From the NCBI GenBank assembly GCA_964188305.1, contig OZ076892.1: a DNA stretch of 64,000 nt, one strand, 5' to 3'. The translations under genes were made by a program, and so were the position numbers. Below, piece by piece: positions 24,306-34,872 of the stretch (its first letter is position 1; the number at the start of each line of letters is the position of its first letter). The notes beneath the pieces were generated by a model that was not told where the DNA came from, made no database searches, and saw nothing but the letters and a program-made list of their open reading frames with translations. The stretch comes from Podarcis bocagei (Eukaryota).

Positions 24306-26088
24306 ACCCCATAAACCCAGACCAAAATGTAAGTTGCTGCTCAGTTGTAAAAGGAATTGCTTACGTAGTGTGGACAGGATACAGACTGCCCAGTCTGCAG
24401 ACACAGAGGTTAAAACACCACAAGGGCTGAGAGAATGAAGTTATATACTTGGGGCTGTGGTGATTGTGAGCCTGGAGATGGATGCCCTGTCAGGCAACCC
24501 TGTGCCCTGGCTGTCTTCCTCTCCTGCAAGGAGAAATTTCAAATCACATTAACAGTGTTAGCCGGGGCTCAAGTCTGAGTCTGACGGGCCATTATAAATG
24601 ACAGCAAGGCTGGGCATTTTTATTAAGGAAGAGCCTTGCTTTAATGCTCTCTCTGGAAACTTGCACTCTTGACTTACCCGCAGCAATGCCTGGGATTTTC
24701 CTTGCAGATCTGCAGGAGAGGAGAATGATTCCCTCTTTTGTCTTTCAATTATTGTTTCCTAGACATCATAAAAGGGGTGGCAAAGGCAGGTAGGAGACTC
24801 ATTGGGCCCATTTGGAGGTGTGTGTGTGTGGGGAGTTCTAAAGCAACCCCTGACACCTCTATCAATGCCGTTTAACCAAATGAACTATCTCCGCCTCTAA
24901 AAGAAGAAGCATTCTTTCTAGCACACCTAAGGACAGTAGCTGCAATACTGCCCGTTGGCTATCATCAGTGGTGGTGCTGAAGAGCCAATAGTTCCCTCCT
25001 CTGCAGAGCGTGCCAGGATTTCTGGCTTTTATTAGTATCACCTTGAAGCGCTCCCTGCCATCACTGAACCAAATAGGGTTCAGTTGCAGGACTGGACGAA
25101 TGTTGGGTGGGTGCCCCAGCAAAGTGCTCTTTGGGGGGCAACATGATAGAAGTTAATAAAACTATGCAAGGCATAGGGAAAGTGGATAAAGGAAAGTTTT
25201 TCTCCCTCCCCCACAGCTGGTATATAACTCATTTCCAACAGCTGGTATTCAGAAGCATCGCTGCCTGTAACTCTGAATAAAGAGCATAACCACTGTAACT
25301 GGTAGCCATTGATAGACTCCATCCTCCATGAATTTCTCCAAGCCTCTTTTAAATGCATGCAAGTTGGTGGCCACCACTGCCTCCTGGGGGATTGAGTTCC
25401 CTAGCTTAACTATGTGGGATGTGAAACACAAGAGCAGTCATGTACAATATTCCTAGAGTGAACATGTTTACCCATGGGGAGGAATATTTGTCCAGCCATC
25501 AGGTAAACTTCCTGTTTCCTTCTGGGCTGGGACAGACTTCCTCTGCATGTGACTAGAGGTGGGTGTGGCCTCACCTGTGCAGGTAACAACAAAAGCACAG
25601 GGCAGGGCAGCTACCTCTCTCTTTCTCCACATGCATCGAAGAAGCAACATCTGCTTAGCCAAAGATGCCCTCTTGGCTTCCAGCCAAGAGAGGACAAAGG
25701 GACTGTTTTCTTATGGAATAGTTTCCAAGTATATGTTACTTTTCTAAGCTAAGTCTGCCTTCTGGGACCCGATTGTGAACAGAATGTGTGAGTAAACCTT
25801 TTTTTTATACATTTGTAGAAGACTGTGTCGTGTCTTATCTTTTATGACGGAATAAGGGGGAAATAACAGAATAGTTGTTATAGAGGCTTTAGCAAGCCTG
25901 AGCAAACGCATCCGCTGCAAGTTTAAAAAGTGGGAATGCTACTCTGCTAAATTGTAGAACTTGTTAACACAAGTTGGAAAAGGATATAATCAGACAATAT
26001 ATCCTCTCCTGCACCCCTGAACATTCCCACAAACTATGTGTCATGTGAAGAAATACTTTCTTTTTCTTCATTTTCTTTTTATCTGTCT

Positions 26089-26578
26089 TGTCAGGGACTG
26101 GGCAGAGGAGGAATGGTGGAGACCACCTCCCCAGTCTGACGCTTCCTGAGAAGAAGGAGACAGTTCAGAATTACAATGGGGTTTGAGGGAGGTTACAGCT
26201 GAGAGGCAGTTGAGGGGGGGGACACTGGGAAATAATGGGAGAAGAGGAAGAAGAAGCACCAGGGGAGAGACAACTGATGGACTGTGTCTTTAGAAAGCAT
26301 TCCAGATCCCCCTCCTCTCCCAGAACATGGCGGGCCTTGAAAGTAGGAGAGCAAAGAGCTCAAAGGCAAAAGGCCCTTTCCAGCACTGGTAGCGATGACT
26401 CATGAAGAAGTGGGAGAGACGGAGGGGGTGGGGTTTCACTGGGAGCAGCACCTCCAAGAGGCTGCATTTCTAAGCCTCTCTCTGTGAATATTGAATAAAA
26501 AGCACTGGTAATAACTTTCCTTGTCTTATCCATTCCTAGCAACCTACTGTGGGGGGTTGGGTCCTCTGACGCCTGACA
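26089..26578 (+). mobile_element. Solo LTR (Gypsy/ERV-like), 490 bp
   Basis: TGTCAGG...CCTGACA inverted termini, AATAAA at 26494-26499, flanks TGTCT/TGTCA (imperfect 5-bp TSD); inserted in a CR1 family B relic. Confidence 0.8.
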
Positions 26579-26662
26579 TGTCATGAATCTCCCAACATTA
26601 AGTTGCACAGGATGTCCACAAGTTCCAATGTTACGACAGAAGGAGAAAATAGGAAAAAATAT

Positions 26663-26724
26663 TTAGTGGAGTCTGTAACCAAAGTGTTTGTAACCCGAGG
26701 TGTTTGTAACCCGAGGTACCACTG
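26663..26724 (+). mobile_element. Right end of Tigger-like MITE (truncated)
   Basis: GGAGTCTGTAACC...TAACCCGAGGTACCACTG then TA. Confidence 0.8.
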
Positions 26725-28185
26725 TAATATCCTTTTTTGAGGTTAGCCAACAAGAACTGCACACAGTATTCCAACTGTGGCTGCACCATAGAATTGTATA
26801 ACAATATTATGATACTGGCAGTTTTAGGTTCAGTCCCTTTCCTATAGACCGCTAGCATGAGAATCACAGCTGGGGGAAATGCAGTTGTGCTCACATCCTG
26901 CTTCTGGGCTTCCCATTGGGCATATGGTTGGCCACTGGGAAAATAAGATGCTGGAGTGGATGGGTTGCTTCCTCTTGCATTCTCATGTTCATACTTCTAC
27001 AGAGAGACTAGCTGGACCTTTCACTGCTCAGCAGATGTGGCCAAGACTGGCCGAGTTTCCAGGATAGGATTTTGCAGTCTCACAGAGCTGTGTCAGGCCC
27101 TTGAGGACCCAGAGCCATTCCGAACAGTTTGCGTGATCATGCCAGATCTGATTGTGCATCATGCCCAGTCAGCAAGACATAATGCAGCCATTCTCTCCCT
27201 TCTCTCTTCCATCTCTATTTCATTTCATTAAAAAAGTAAGTTTTATAGCCTACTGGATGTGCCGGATGGAAGGAAAAATACAAGGGCTTATCTCAGGGCT
27301 GCTAAATTGCAATCCTGGGCAGTGAGTCAACCTGGTTATTGCTGAGAGGAACAATGGAAGGGATTGATGGCTATTAGATGTAAATCGAACCTCTGCATTG
27401 AAGGGCAGTATATCTCTGAGCAGTAAATGCTGTGGGGCCACAAAGCAAGGCTGGTTGTGGGTGGCGATGGCAAAGTGACATTCCCTGCCTTCCCTTCCCA
27501 TAGTCCAGTGTTTTTCAGAAGAAAAGACAAGCCCTTGCTGGATTAGGCCAAAGGAGGACCATCTAGTCCAGTATCCTGTTCTCACAGTGGCCAACCAGAT
27601 GCCTGTGGGAAGTCTCTGTGAGGACAGAGAGCACTGTTGCCTCCTGTGGCTTCCAGGGTAATGGGAAGCCGGGTTAGATTCACCGATATTCAATTTTTGC
27701 CCAAATATCCAATTCTGAATGTGACATTTGAAAACTGCAAAATGCTTGGGTATGTCATCCATCAATGCTACTGCGTGTCAACTGTCAAATAGCAAATATG
27801 GAATTCATTAGGGGCTACCACCCCTTCTCATAGTGCTTGCCAACCTTGCCTACCTGCCACCAACCCACCACCCCCTTGCCAATCCTCACCTCTCTCTTTA
27901 CACCCAAATCTCAAATCCCCTCACAACTCCTTCAGGCACTCCCCCATATCCCATCACAGTTACTCTGTGTACCTCCATCCCTGCTATAATCAAACCTCGG
28001 CGGTTGTTTAAAACCCAATTTTATATCCTGACTTCTCCTTTGCTCCCCCCCCCCAATACCTTGGCCATGCAACTCCCAAGACTGTGATGAAGCACTACAA
28101 ATCCTTCATCAGAGGCTGCCCTCTGACTTCATGCAAATCCAGGATTATGGAGCAGCCTGATGACAGTCATATATATATATATAAA

Positions 28186-28424
28186 TAATGGTACCTCAGG
28201 TTACAAACTTACGGTGATTCCTTCCAGAGGTCTGTTCTTAACCCGAAACCATTCTTAACCTGAGGTACCACTTTAGCTAATGGGGCCTCCTGCTGCTGCC
28301 GCACTTCTGCTGCACAATTTCTGTTCTCATCCTGAGGTAAAGTTCTTAACCTTAGGTACTACTTACGGGTTAGCGGAGTTTGTAACCCGAAGTGTTTGTA
28401 ATCTGAAGCGTTTGTAACCCAAGG

Positions 28425-28430
<6 letters not shown>
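28186..28430 (+). mobile_element. Tigger-like MITE with microsatellite-eroded ends
   Basis: TGGTACCTCAGGTTAC...CTTTAGCTAATGGGGCCTCC...TAACCCAAGGTACC; (TA)n on the left and (CT)n(TA)n on the right. Confidence 0.85.
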
Positions 28431-28476
<46 letters not shown>

Positions 28477-28947
28477 AAGAAATGTCATCTGTTCAATATT
28501 GTGGGCATCAACTAGATATATTTTGGGAAAACGTTTTGGCAAATGTGGGTAGGGAGACCTTTAAGGTGTCTGAGGAGGTGTTCCAGCTCTGGAAACAAAA
28601 GTGCTCATTAACCAAAAACGTTGAGCCAATTTGCACATTTGGGATAACAGTATGGTCCAGTCCTGCTTGGCCTCCATTCTTGCTGACCCAACCATGTAAA
28701 ATGTCACATTTAAAGGGCAACCTGTGTTGAAATCCAACAAATCTTCACCACCCAAAGGTTTGTGTGCCAGGGAAGAAATTTCAGAGCTAGCCCATTCTCT
28801 GATTTGTTAGCCACTCATGTGAGATAAGATTTCGGAGACAAGCAGAACTGCCAGATCCGTCTGGAGAGTTTCAGTGCGTCATCCTGCAACACTCCCCTTG
28901 AATGAACTCTGTTGACTTTTCTGTTTGTTTGCTTCTTTCTAACACAG

Positions 28948-29702
28948 CTCTGTGTCTATCTGCAGGTCAGGTTATCCTGTACGAAGCCATGCTTGGATTT
29001 TAATAGCCATGTTCCGACTTGCCATGGATTTCACCTCTTGTGAATCTTTGGGCCACGGTCATAGGCCCTTGCAAAGACCTGGTCACCGTGACCGACATGG
29101 ATTCTGGCATAGTCCTTTGTGGAGTCTTAGATCCGGGCAGCAGGCCAGGAGTTATGGGCTTCCAGGGAACTATGCTTTCCCCTATTTGGAACGGTCTAAC
29201 GGACAGCTGGCCAGTACGTATCATTCCAAACGTCTACACAAAGCCACGGACCTCCTCTGGGAAAATGGGCACCCCGAGCACTTTGTCCCCGCCAGATCAG
29301 ACCCTTCTCTGGCAGACGGGAGTACAGCATACCAGACTTACTTGAGGAGGAGGAAAAGGTACCTCCGGGCAATTGGCAAGCCCACTCCAGAGACCGAGGT
29401 GATTGTCTGGGGGTCCACAAGCCCTTTGGAAACCCTGGAGAGCTTCTCGGGAATTTATGGCAGTGCCACCACCATCTCTGTTTTGCGACACAAGACCACC
29501 ACCATCTCCACCACCACCACCACCACGATCACCACCACAACTGCGGCTTCCACGACGGTTCAGCCAGAAGGACCTGGCCCTGGGATTGGCACACCCAAGA
29601 ACAACCCCGGTGTGATTAGCACAATGGTACCACCTGCCACTTCTGATGGGAACAGAAAAGAGGTTGGTGCCCCTCCACCCAAGATCCCAGGAGATACTTC
29701 AG
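28948..29702 (+). CDS. AJAP1: Adherens junctions-associated protein 1 (SHREW-1), internal coding exon 2; partial CDS
   Basis: Polypyrimidine tract plus ACAG acceptor ending 28947 and G|GTATAT donor at 29702/29703; phases 2 and 1 match my recollection of human AJAP1 exon 2. Translation SVSICRSGYPVRSHAWILIAMFRLAMDFTSCESLG...LRRRKR...ETEVIVWGST...poly-Thr...PPKIPGDTSG parallels human SMSIRWPGRPLGSHAWILIAMFQLAVDLPACEALG...LRRGKR...ETEFIAWGPT...PPRILGEASG. Confidence 0.93.
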
Positions 29703-30604
29703 GTATATTTATAGATTGCTTTTAGATTTGTATGTATTTGCTTGCATGTGTGCAAATGTTGCGTTTCATTTCCAGTTGTTCATCCAAGCAGGAAAACAAA
29801 CAAACACACTGGGTTTCTATTGTGATTGGATGAAGGGGCATACTACGTAACAGAAATGCAACACACACGTACCACTAATTCATAGAACGTGATATCAGAG
29901 TGGTTCACAACAATTTTGTATAAAACCATGCAATAAAAGCCATATTAAAAAAGTTGAAATCTGGAATTAGGAAACTACTGTGGAAAGCTGTATTATCAAT
30001 TGCCTGATAGAATAGAAAGGTTTTCAGGAAGTATTTAAAAGTTGGCACAAAAGGAGCTTTCTGAATCGTCTGTTTGCAAAGCATTACCCCATACTGGGCC
30101 AATGACACTAAAGGCTCAATTTCTTGTTGTTAGTACTGAGACCGAAATGGGACAGAATTAACTGCTTAGCCCATCTGTGTAGCCCACCTGATCCTCATCA
30201 CCCCTCTGCCATTTTGCAACCCATTATAGAAAACCCACAGTGTGGTTTCCTTAATGCCAAAATAATTTTCTTGAACACAGTTGCATGCTGGTAAGTTACT
30301 TAGGACTGTCCTATCATTAGGCAGTTGCCTCAGATGGCAGATACTAGGGGGGGGGGACAGGGGGCAGTGGTGGAGAGATGGTGGAAGAAAGGTGTCTATG
30401 TACCAGTTGGCCAATCCCTGCTCCCTCTAAACTTCCTTGTTGACTTCCAGTGTGGTGGAGGATACCATCATGTTGGCAGTGTTGAAGGAAGATTCAGCTC
30501 CCAGTCTGGTCAGCTTTTGCACCTGAGGCGAAGGAGGCAACTCTCTAGCCTTTTGTTTCAAGCGGCAAAAAGACATAGTCTTTCCCCTGAGCCCTCTAAT
30601 GACC

Positions 30605-31070
30605 TGGACATAAGAGCACAATAAGTGCCTGCTGGATCAGGACAATGGCCCATCTAGTACACAGTGGCCACTCAGATACCTATGATGGGAAGCCTGCAAG
30701 CAGGATTCAAGCATAAGATCACTCTCCCCATCCTGTGGCTTCCAGAAACTGGTATTCAGAAGCATTACTGCCTCTGACGGTAGAGGCAGAGCATTGTCAT
30801 CAAGGTTAGTAGCCACTGATAGTCCTCTCCTCCATGGATTTGTCTAATTCCCTTTATAAGCCATCTAAATTGGTAGCCACCACTGCATCCTGTGGCAGGG
30901 AGTTCCACAGTTTAACTATGTGTTGTCTGCCTTGGCTCTTTCAACATTTAGTTTCACTGGATGTCCACGAGTTCTAATGTCTTATGAGAGAAGGAGGGAA
31001 ACCCTACCCCTTTCTCCTTCCACTTTTTCCATGCCATGCATGCATACTTTTATAAATTTCTATCATGGAC
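30605..31070 (-). mobile_element. CR1 family B 3' fragment
   Basis: ACATAAGAGCACAATAAG tail, CTGCTGGATCAGG..GGCCCATCTAG, CTCCTCCATGGATTTGTCTAAT, CACTTTTTCCATGCCATGC. Confidence 0.8.
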
Positions 31071-31882
31071 CCCTTCTTGGGAGTAGTTTTCTAGTAAAGA
31101 AACAAACGAACAAAAGGATTACAGTTGAAAATGGAATGAAATGCGTTTCAAGGAAAATGTTCAGCCACTGAGCAAACTGGAACTCCCTCCTTCCCTCCCT
31201 CTGATCCTTCATTTTTATGTGTGGTACTCACTAGGGGTTTAAAGGGGGTTTGTCCGTAAGCTCAGTAAATCCACACGTGGAAGCCCTGTAATCGAATCTA
31301 AGCGCCATGCTCATTCCTCATAGCGCAACGCACCGATTCCATTCGCTCAGCAGCTGGAAGTGGACTTTCCATTTATTGCAAATTATGTTTGCTATTACAG
31401 AAGTTTAGACTGGAAGGCCCTTTGCCACACATGAAGTAAATTAAATCGCAGAGAATGTTGGTTGTGACTCGTAGAGCCCAGAAAGATGCTTCTCTTTAAT
31501 AAAAGGGAAAGAGAGGAATTGTTGGAATTTACAGTATAATCTATACCCAGATTAATTTCTCTAATGGACCCATCTTCTAGGGAGAAATAGATATTAACTT
31601 ATTCCTTTCCCTGAATACTGAACTAGGCATTAGAAGGAGTGTTTGGTAGGCTGCTGAAATGAAAAGGAAAAGCAGCAGTCTTGCATCTGCTCTTTAGCTA
31701 GTGCAGCCACCTCCAGATTTAGATTACAATTCTCATCAGGCCTAGCCAGCAAAAGTTAAGGATCAGAGACAATGGGAGCTGTACACCACAATATCAGAAG
31801 GTTGCTGTATTGACTACTCGTGGTGTGGCACTATCAACTTGGAGTGCTATGTCCAGTTCTGGGCACCACAGTCCAAAGGATA

Positions 31883-32032
31883 TTGGGATAGCTCAGTCGG
31901 TAGAGCATGAGACTCTTAATCTCAAGGTTGTGGGTTCGAGCCTCACCTTGGGCAAAGAATCCTGCATTGCAAGGGGGTTGGCCTAGATGACCCACGTGGT
32001 CCCTTCCAACTCTACATTTCTATGATTCTGTG
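31883..32032 (+). mobile_element. tRNA-Lys(CTT)-derived SINE with CR1 3' tail
   Basis: TAGCTCAGTCGGTAGAGCATGAGACTCTTAATCTCAAGGTTGTGGGTTCGAGCC is nearly identical to vertebrate tRNA-Lys-CTT and is fused to CCTGCATTGCAAGGGGGTTGG...TTCTATGATTCTG (CR1 tail). Confidence 0.88.
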
Positions 32033-32179
32033 ACAAGCTGGAAGGTGTTCAGAGGAGGGTGACTGGGTTGATCAAGAACGGCTATGAAGAATGGCTGAGG
32101 GAGTTGGGTATGCTCAGCTTGGAGGAGAGAAGACTGAGAGGTGATGTGATAGCCATCTTCAAATACTCAAAGGGCTGTC

Positions 32180-33069
32180 TGTCACAGCCTGTCCCAGATA
32201 AGGAAGGCACATGCTTGTTAGTTACCACTTTATTGGGAAGAGAAACACTGACAGCCGCTTCCTCCATGCTCCGGATAGGCATGCACACATGCACACATGC
32301 TTCTAGGTAAAGGTAAAGGGACCCCTGACCATTAGGTCCAGTCGTGGTCGACTCTGGGGTTGCGGCGCTCATCTCGCTTTATTGGCCGAGGGAGCCAGTG
32401 TACAGCTTCTGGGTCATGTGGCCAGCATGACTAAGCCACTTCTGGCGAACCAGAGCAGCGCACGGAAATGCCGTTTACCTTCCCGCCGGAGTGGTGCCTA
32501 TGTATCTACTTGCACTGTGAACTGCTAGGTTGACAGGAGCAAGGACCGAGCAACAGGAGCTCACCCCATTGTGGGGATTTGAACCACCGACCTTCTGATC
32601 GGCAAGTCCTAGGCTCTGTGGTTTAACCCACAGCGCCACCTGTGTCCTCATGCTTCTAGGCAGCTGTCCACAAATCTGGGCCCTGTGGAGCAGTTGCAGC
32701 AACAGGGAAAACCTTCCCCTTTGCCGGCTTATATACATTTCCCTGACAAGTCGCCCACCCACAAGCTGCAACTTCTGCATGGAAGGTGCCACTGCCCTTC
32801 CCACTTCAAGCCCCTCCTGGTTTAAGGAGATGCTGGGTGGGGGAACTTTGTGGGGAGTCTACTGACCCGTCTGTTGGCTAAACAGCCTCTTCTTCTTCTG
32901 GCACATCTGGCACACCTTCCTCTCTCTCGGTCTGCCCTGACCCTCCCTCCCCTGACTCCTGCCTTGCAGGCAATGTCATATGCCATAAATCACTGCTCCC
33001 TTCTTCGGGGTTGCTCTGCTGGTCCTCTGCCTGCGCCACATACCCTTCAGGGCCTGCCACTCCCTGACA
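32180..33069 (-). mobile_element. Solo LTR (Gypsy-like), carrying a nested Sauria SINE
   Basis: TGTCA...TGACA termini; 5-bp flanks CTGTC/CCATC; minus-strand TATATAA (32729-32735) and AATAAA (32229-32234). Its 5' end TGTCAGGGA matches the 26089 LTR. Confidence 0.82.
32305..32648 (-). mobile_element. Sauria SINE, full length
   Basis: AGGTAAAGGTAAAGGGACCCCTGACC tail to CAGCGCCACCTGTGTCC head; TSD CATGCTTCTAGG. Confidence 0.93.
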
Positions 33070-34002
33070 CCATCACATAGAAGATGGAGGAAGTTTATTT
33101 TTTGCAGCTCTGGAGGGTAGGACCCAAACCAATGGATTCAAATGACAGGAAAAGGGATTCCGACTAAATACAAGGAAGAACTTTCTGATGGTGAGAGCCA
33201 TTCGACAGTGGAACAGACTCCTTCAGGAAGTGGTGGCCCCTCCCTCACTGGAGGTTTGCAGACAGAGGTTTGGATGGCTATCTGTCAGGGCTTCTTTAGC
33301 TGTGATTCATGCATTGCTTGGGGTCAGACTAGATTGCCCTTGGGGGAACCTTCCAGCACCACAATTCTGTGATTCTACCATTCTATTATCCTAAATGCCT
33401 GATGGCAACATGGTTAAGGATGCATCTGAAATTTATCCAAATTTATTTCTAGACTCGGGAACTCTAAAGTACATCATTTTGCTTGCCGCGTCTCCTGATA
33501 GCAGCCTTGTGGCTCCAAGGTGAATAATGTCTTGTTCCAGCTTGAGTCAGGCAGGAGGAGGTAGCAATCAATCTTTGGAATTTTATTCACTGGTTGGTTT
33601 TCATTTATGAATTGCTTCCTATGGGATTTAAGAAACAAAAACAGCAGAAATAAAAACCTACACAAAAGGACTTCATACATAAAAGCAATTAAAACAATTT
33701 CACATGTGGAAAAGCAATTCCATGGAGGAAAACAATTTCAAATTTCATACAGACTTGGGTTTTTTATATTTTATATATATACCTCTCTACTTGAGAGCCT
33801 GGTTGAAAAAGGAACACTTTCAATCAGCGCTGGAAAGACTACAAAGCCTGTCTGATAGCAGGAGAGGGGGAGAGAGAGAAAGACAGAGTTTTGGTGGTTA
33901 GGTGCTGCTACACATAATGCTTGATTCCAATATTATATGAATGGACTTTTGATGAGATAATATCTGTGCAGTGTTTGCTTGGGTATTTAAAGAGAGCGAA
34001 GA

Positions 34003-34260
34003 ACCAGTGTGGTGTAGATGGAATAGAAGATGGGAGACCTGGGTTCAAATCCCTGCTCAGCTGTGAAGATAATCTTGAGCCAGCCAGTCACCACTTCTCA
34101 GCCTCAATGTTCCTCATTTATTCATTTAATCCTCAGAACAACACTGTGAGGCAGGTTAGGCCGAGAGGCAGTGACTGGCCCAAGGTCACCCAGCTTCATG
34201 GCCAAGTGTAAAATTAAACCTGGGTCTCTTGGGTCCTAGTCCAGTACTCTAACCAATACA

Positions 34261-34262
<2 letters not shown>
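34003..34262. mobile_element. Two MIR/CORE-like SINE fragments in tail-to-tail inverted arrangement
   Basis: + copy CCAGTGTGGTGTAG..GGGAGACCTGGGTTCAAATCCC (34003-~34105); - copy GTGAGGCAGG..AAACCTGGGTCTC..CTCTAACCAATACACC (~34120-34262). Confidence 0.7.
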
Positions 34263-34315
<53 letters not shown>

Positions 34316-34440
34316 CAGTGGCGTAGCGTGGGGGGTGCAGGGGGGCCCAGCCGCACTGAGCACAACATCTGGGGGTTAGGGTTAGGGGGCGCAAATTACT
34401 TGCCTTGCCCCGGGTGCTGACAGCCCACGCTACGCCACTG
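34316..34440. mobile_element. hAT-type MITE, 125 bp
   Basis: TIR CAGTGGCGTAGCGTGGG / CCCACGCTACGCCACTG; 8-bp TSD CTCTCTTG; (CT)n directly left. Confidence 0.9.
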
Positions 34441-34780
34441 CTCTCTTGCATCCTGCCTTAAAGCTCACATGCATTTTGCACATGCTTTTCTCCTGATGTA
34501 TTCATTTTGCATTATAGAATCCATTCCTGCAGGTTTATATTCCATAATATACACCATTTCTTTGGGCACTACAGATTGTTATATATACTTTTTAAGGAGG
34601 AGGACTGTGCAGAAGCGGGAGCTAACTCCTAACCCTAACTCTTGCCTTTGGCACCTGATATATGTGTTTTGAGGACCCGCCCTGTCTTTGTGAATGTAAT
34701 ATGCTTCAATTGTTTTCAATTACCAGTTTTAAATTGTTGTATCCCACCCTGCGACCTGCTGGTGACAGGTGGGTAATAAT

Positions 34781-34872
34781 CATAGCTGTCAATGTTCCCC
34801 CTTTTTTTAAAGGGAAATTCTCTTATTCCGAATAGGATTCCTCGCAAGAAAAGGGAAAAGTTGACAGCTATG
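34781..34872. mobile_element. hAT-type MITE, 92 bp
   Basis: TIR CATAGCTGTCAA / TTGACAGCTATG; 8-bp TSD GTAATAAT; second copy at 60178. Confidence 0.9.

Larger units (their letters stand above)
31835..33385 (+). mobile_element. CR1 family A 3' fragment hosting a SINE and a solo LTR
   Basis: LECYVQFWAP..KDI|DKLEGVQRR..EEWLRELGMLSLEERRLRGDVIAIFKYSKGC|HIEDG.. through the 3' tail CAATTCTGTGATTC. Confidence 0.88.

Noticed and set aside
28948-29702. Assignment to the paralogue PIANP
   Set aside because: SHAWILIAMF, the RR-KR site, the Thr stalk and the PP-I-G--SG end match AJAP1, not PIANP.
28952-29725. 257-aa ORF as a complete single-exon gene
   Set aside because: The GTG start and TAG stop are track artefacts; homology and splice signals define an internal exon 28948-29702.
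31883-31954. Functional tRNA-Lys(CTT) gene
   Set aside because: The 5' acceptor-stem strand is lost and the sequence runs directly into a CR1-type tail inside another repeat; it is a SINE head.
34372-34389. Interstitial telomere or chromosome fusion site
   Set aside because: Only two TTAGGG units, and they lie inside a MITE with intact TIRs and TSD.
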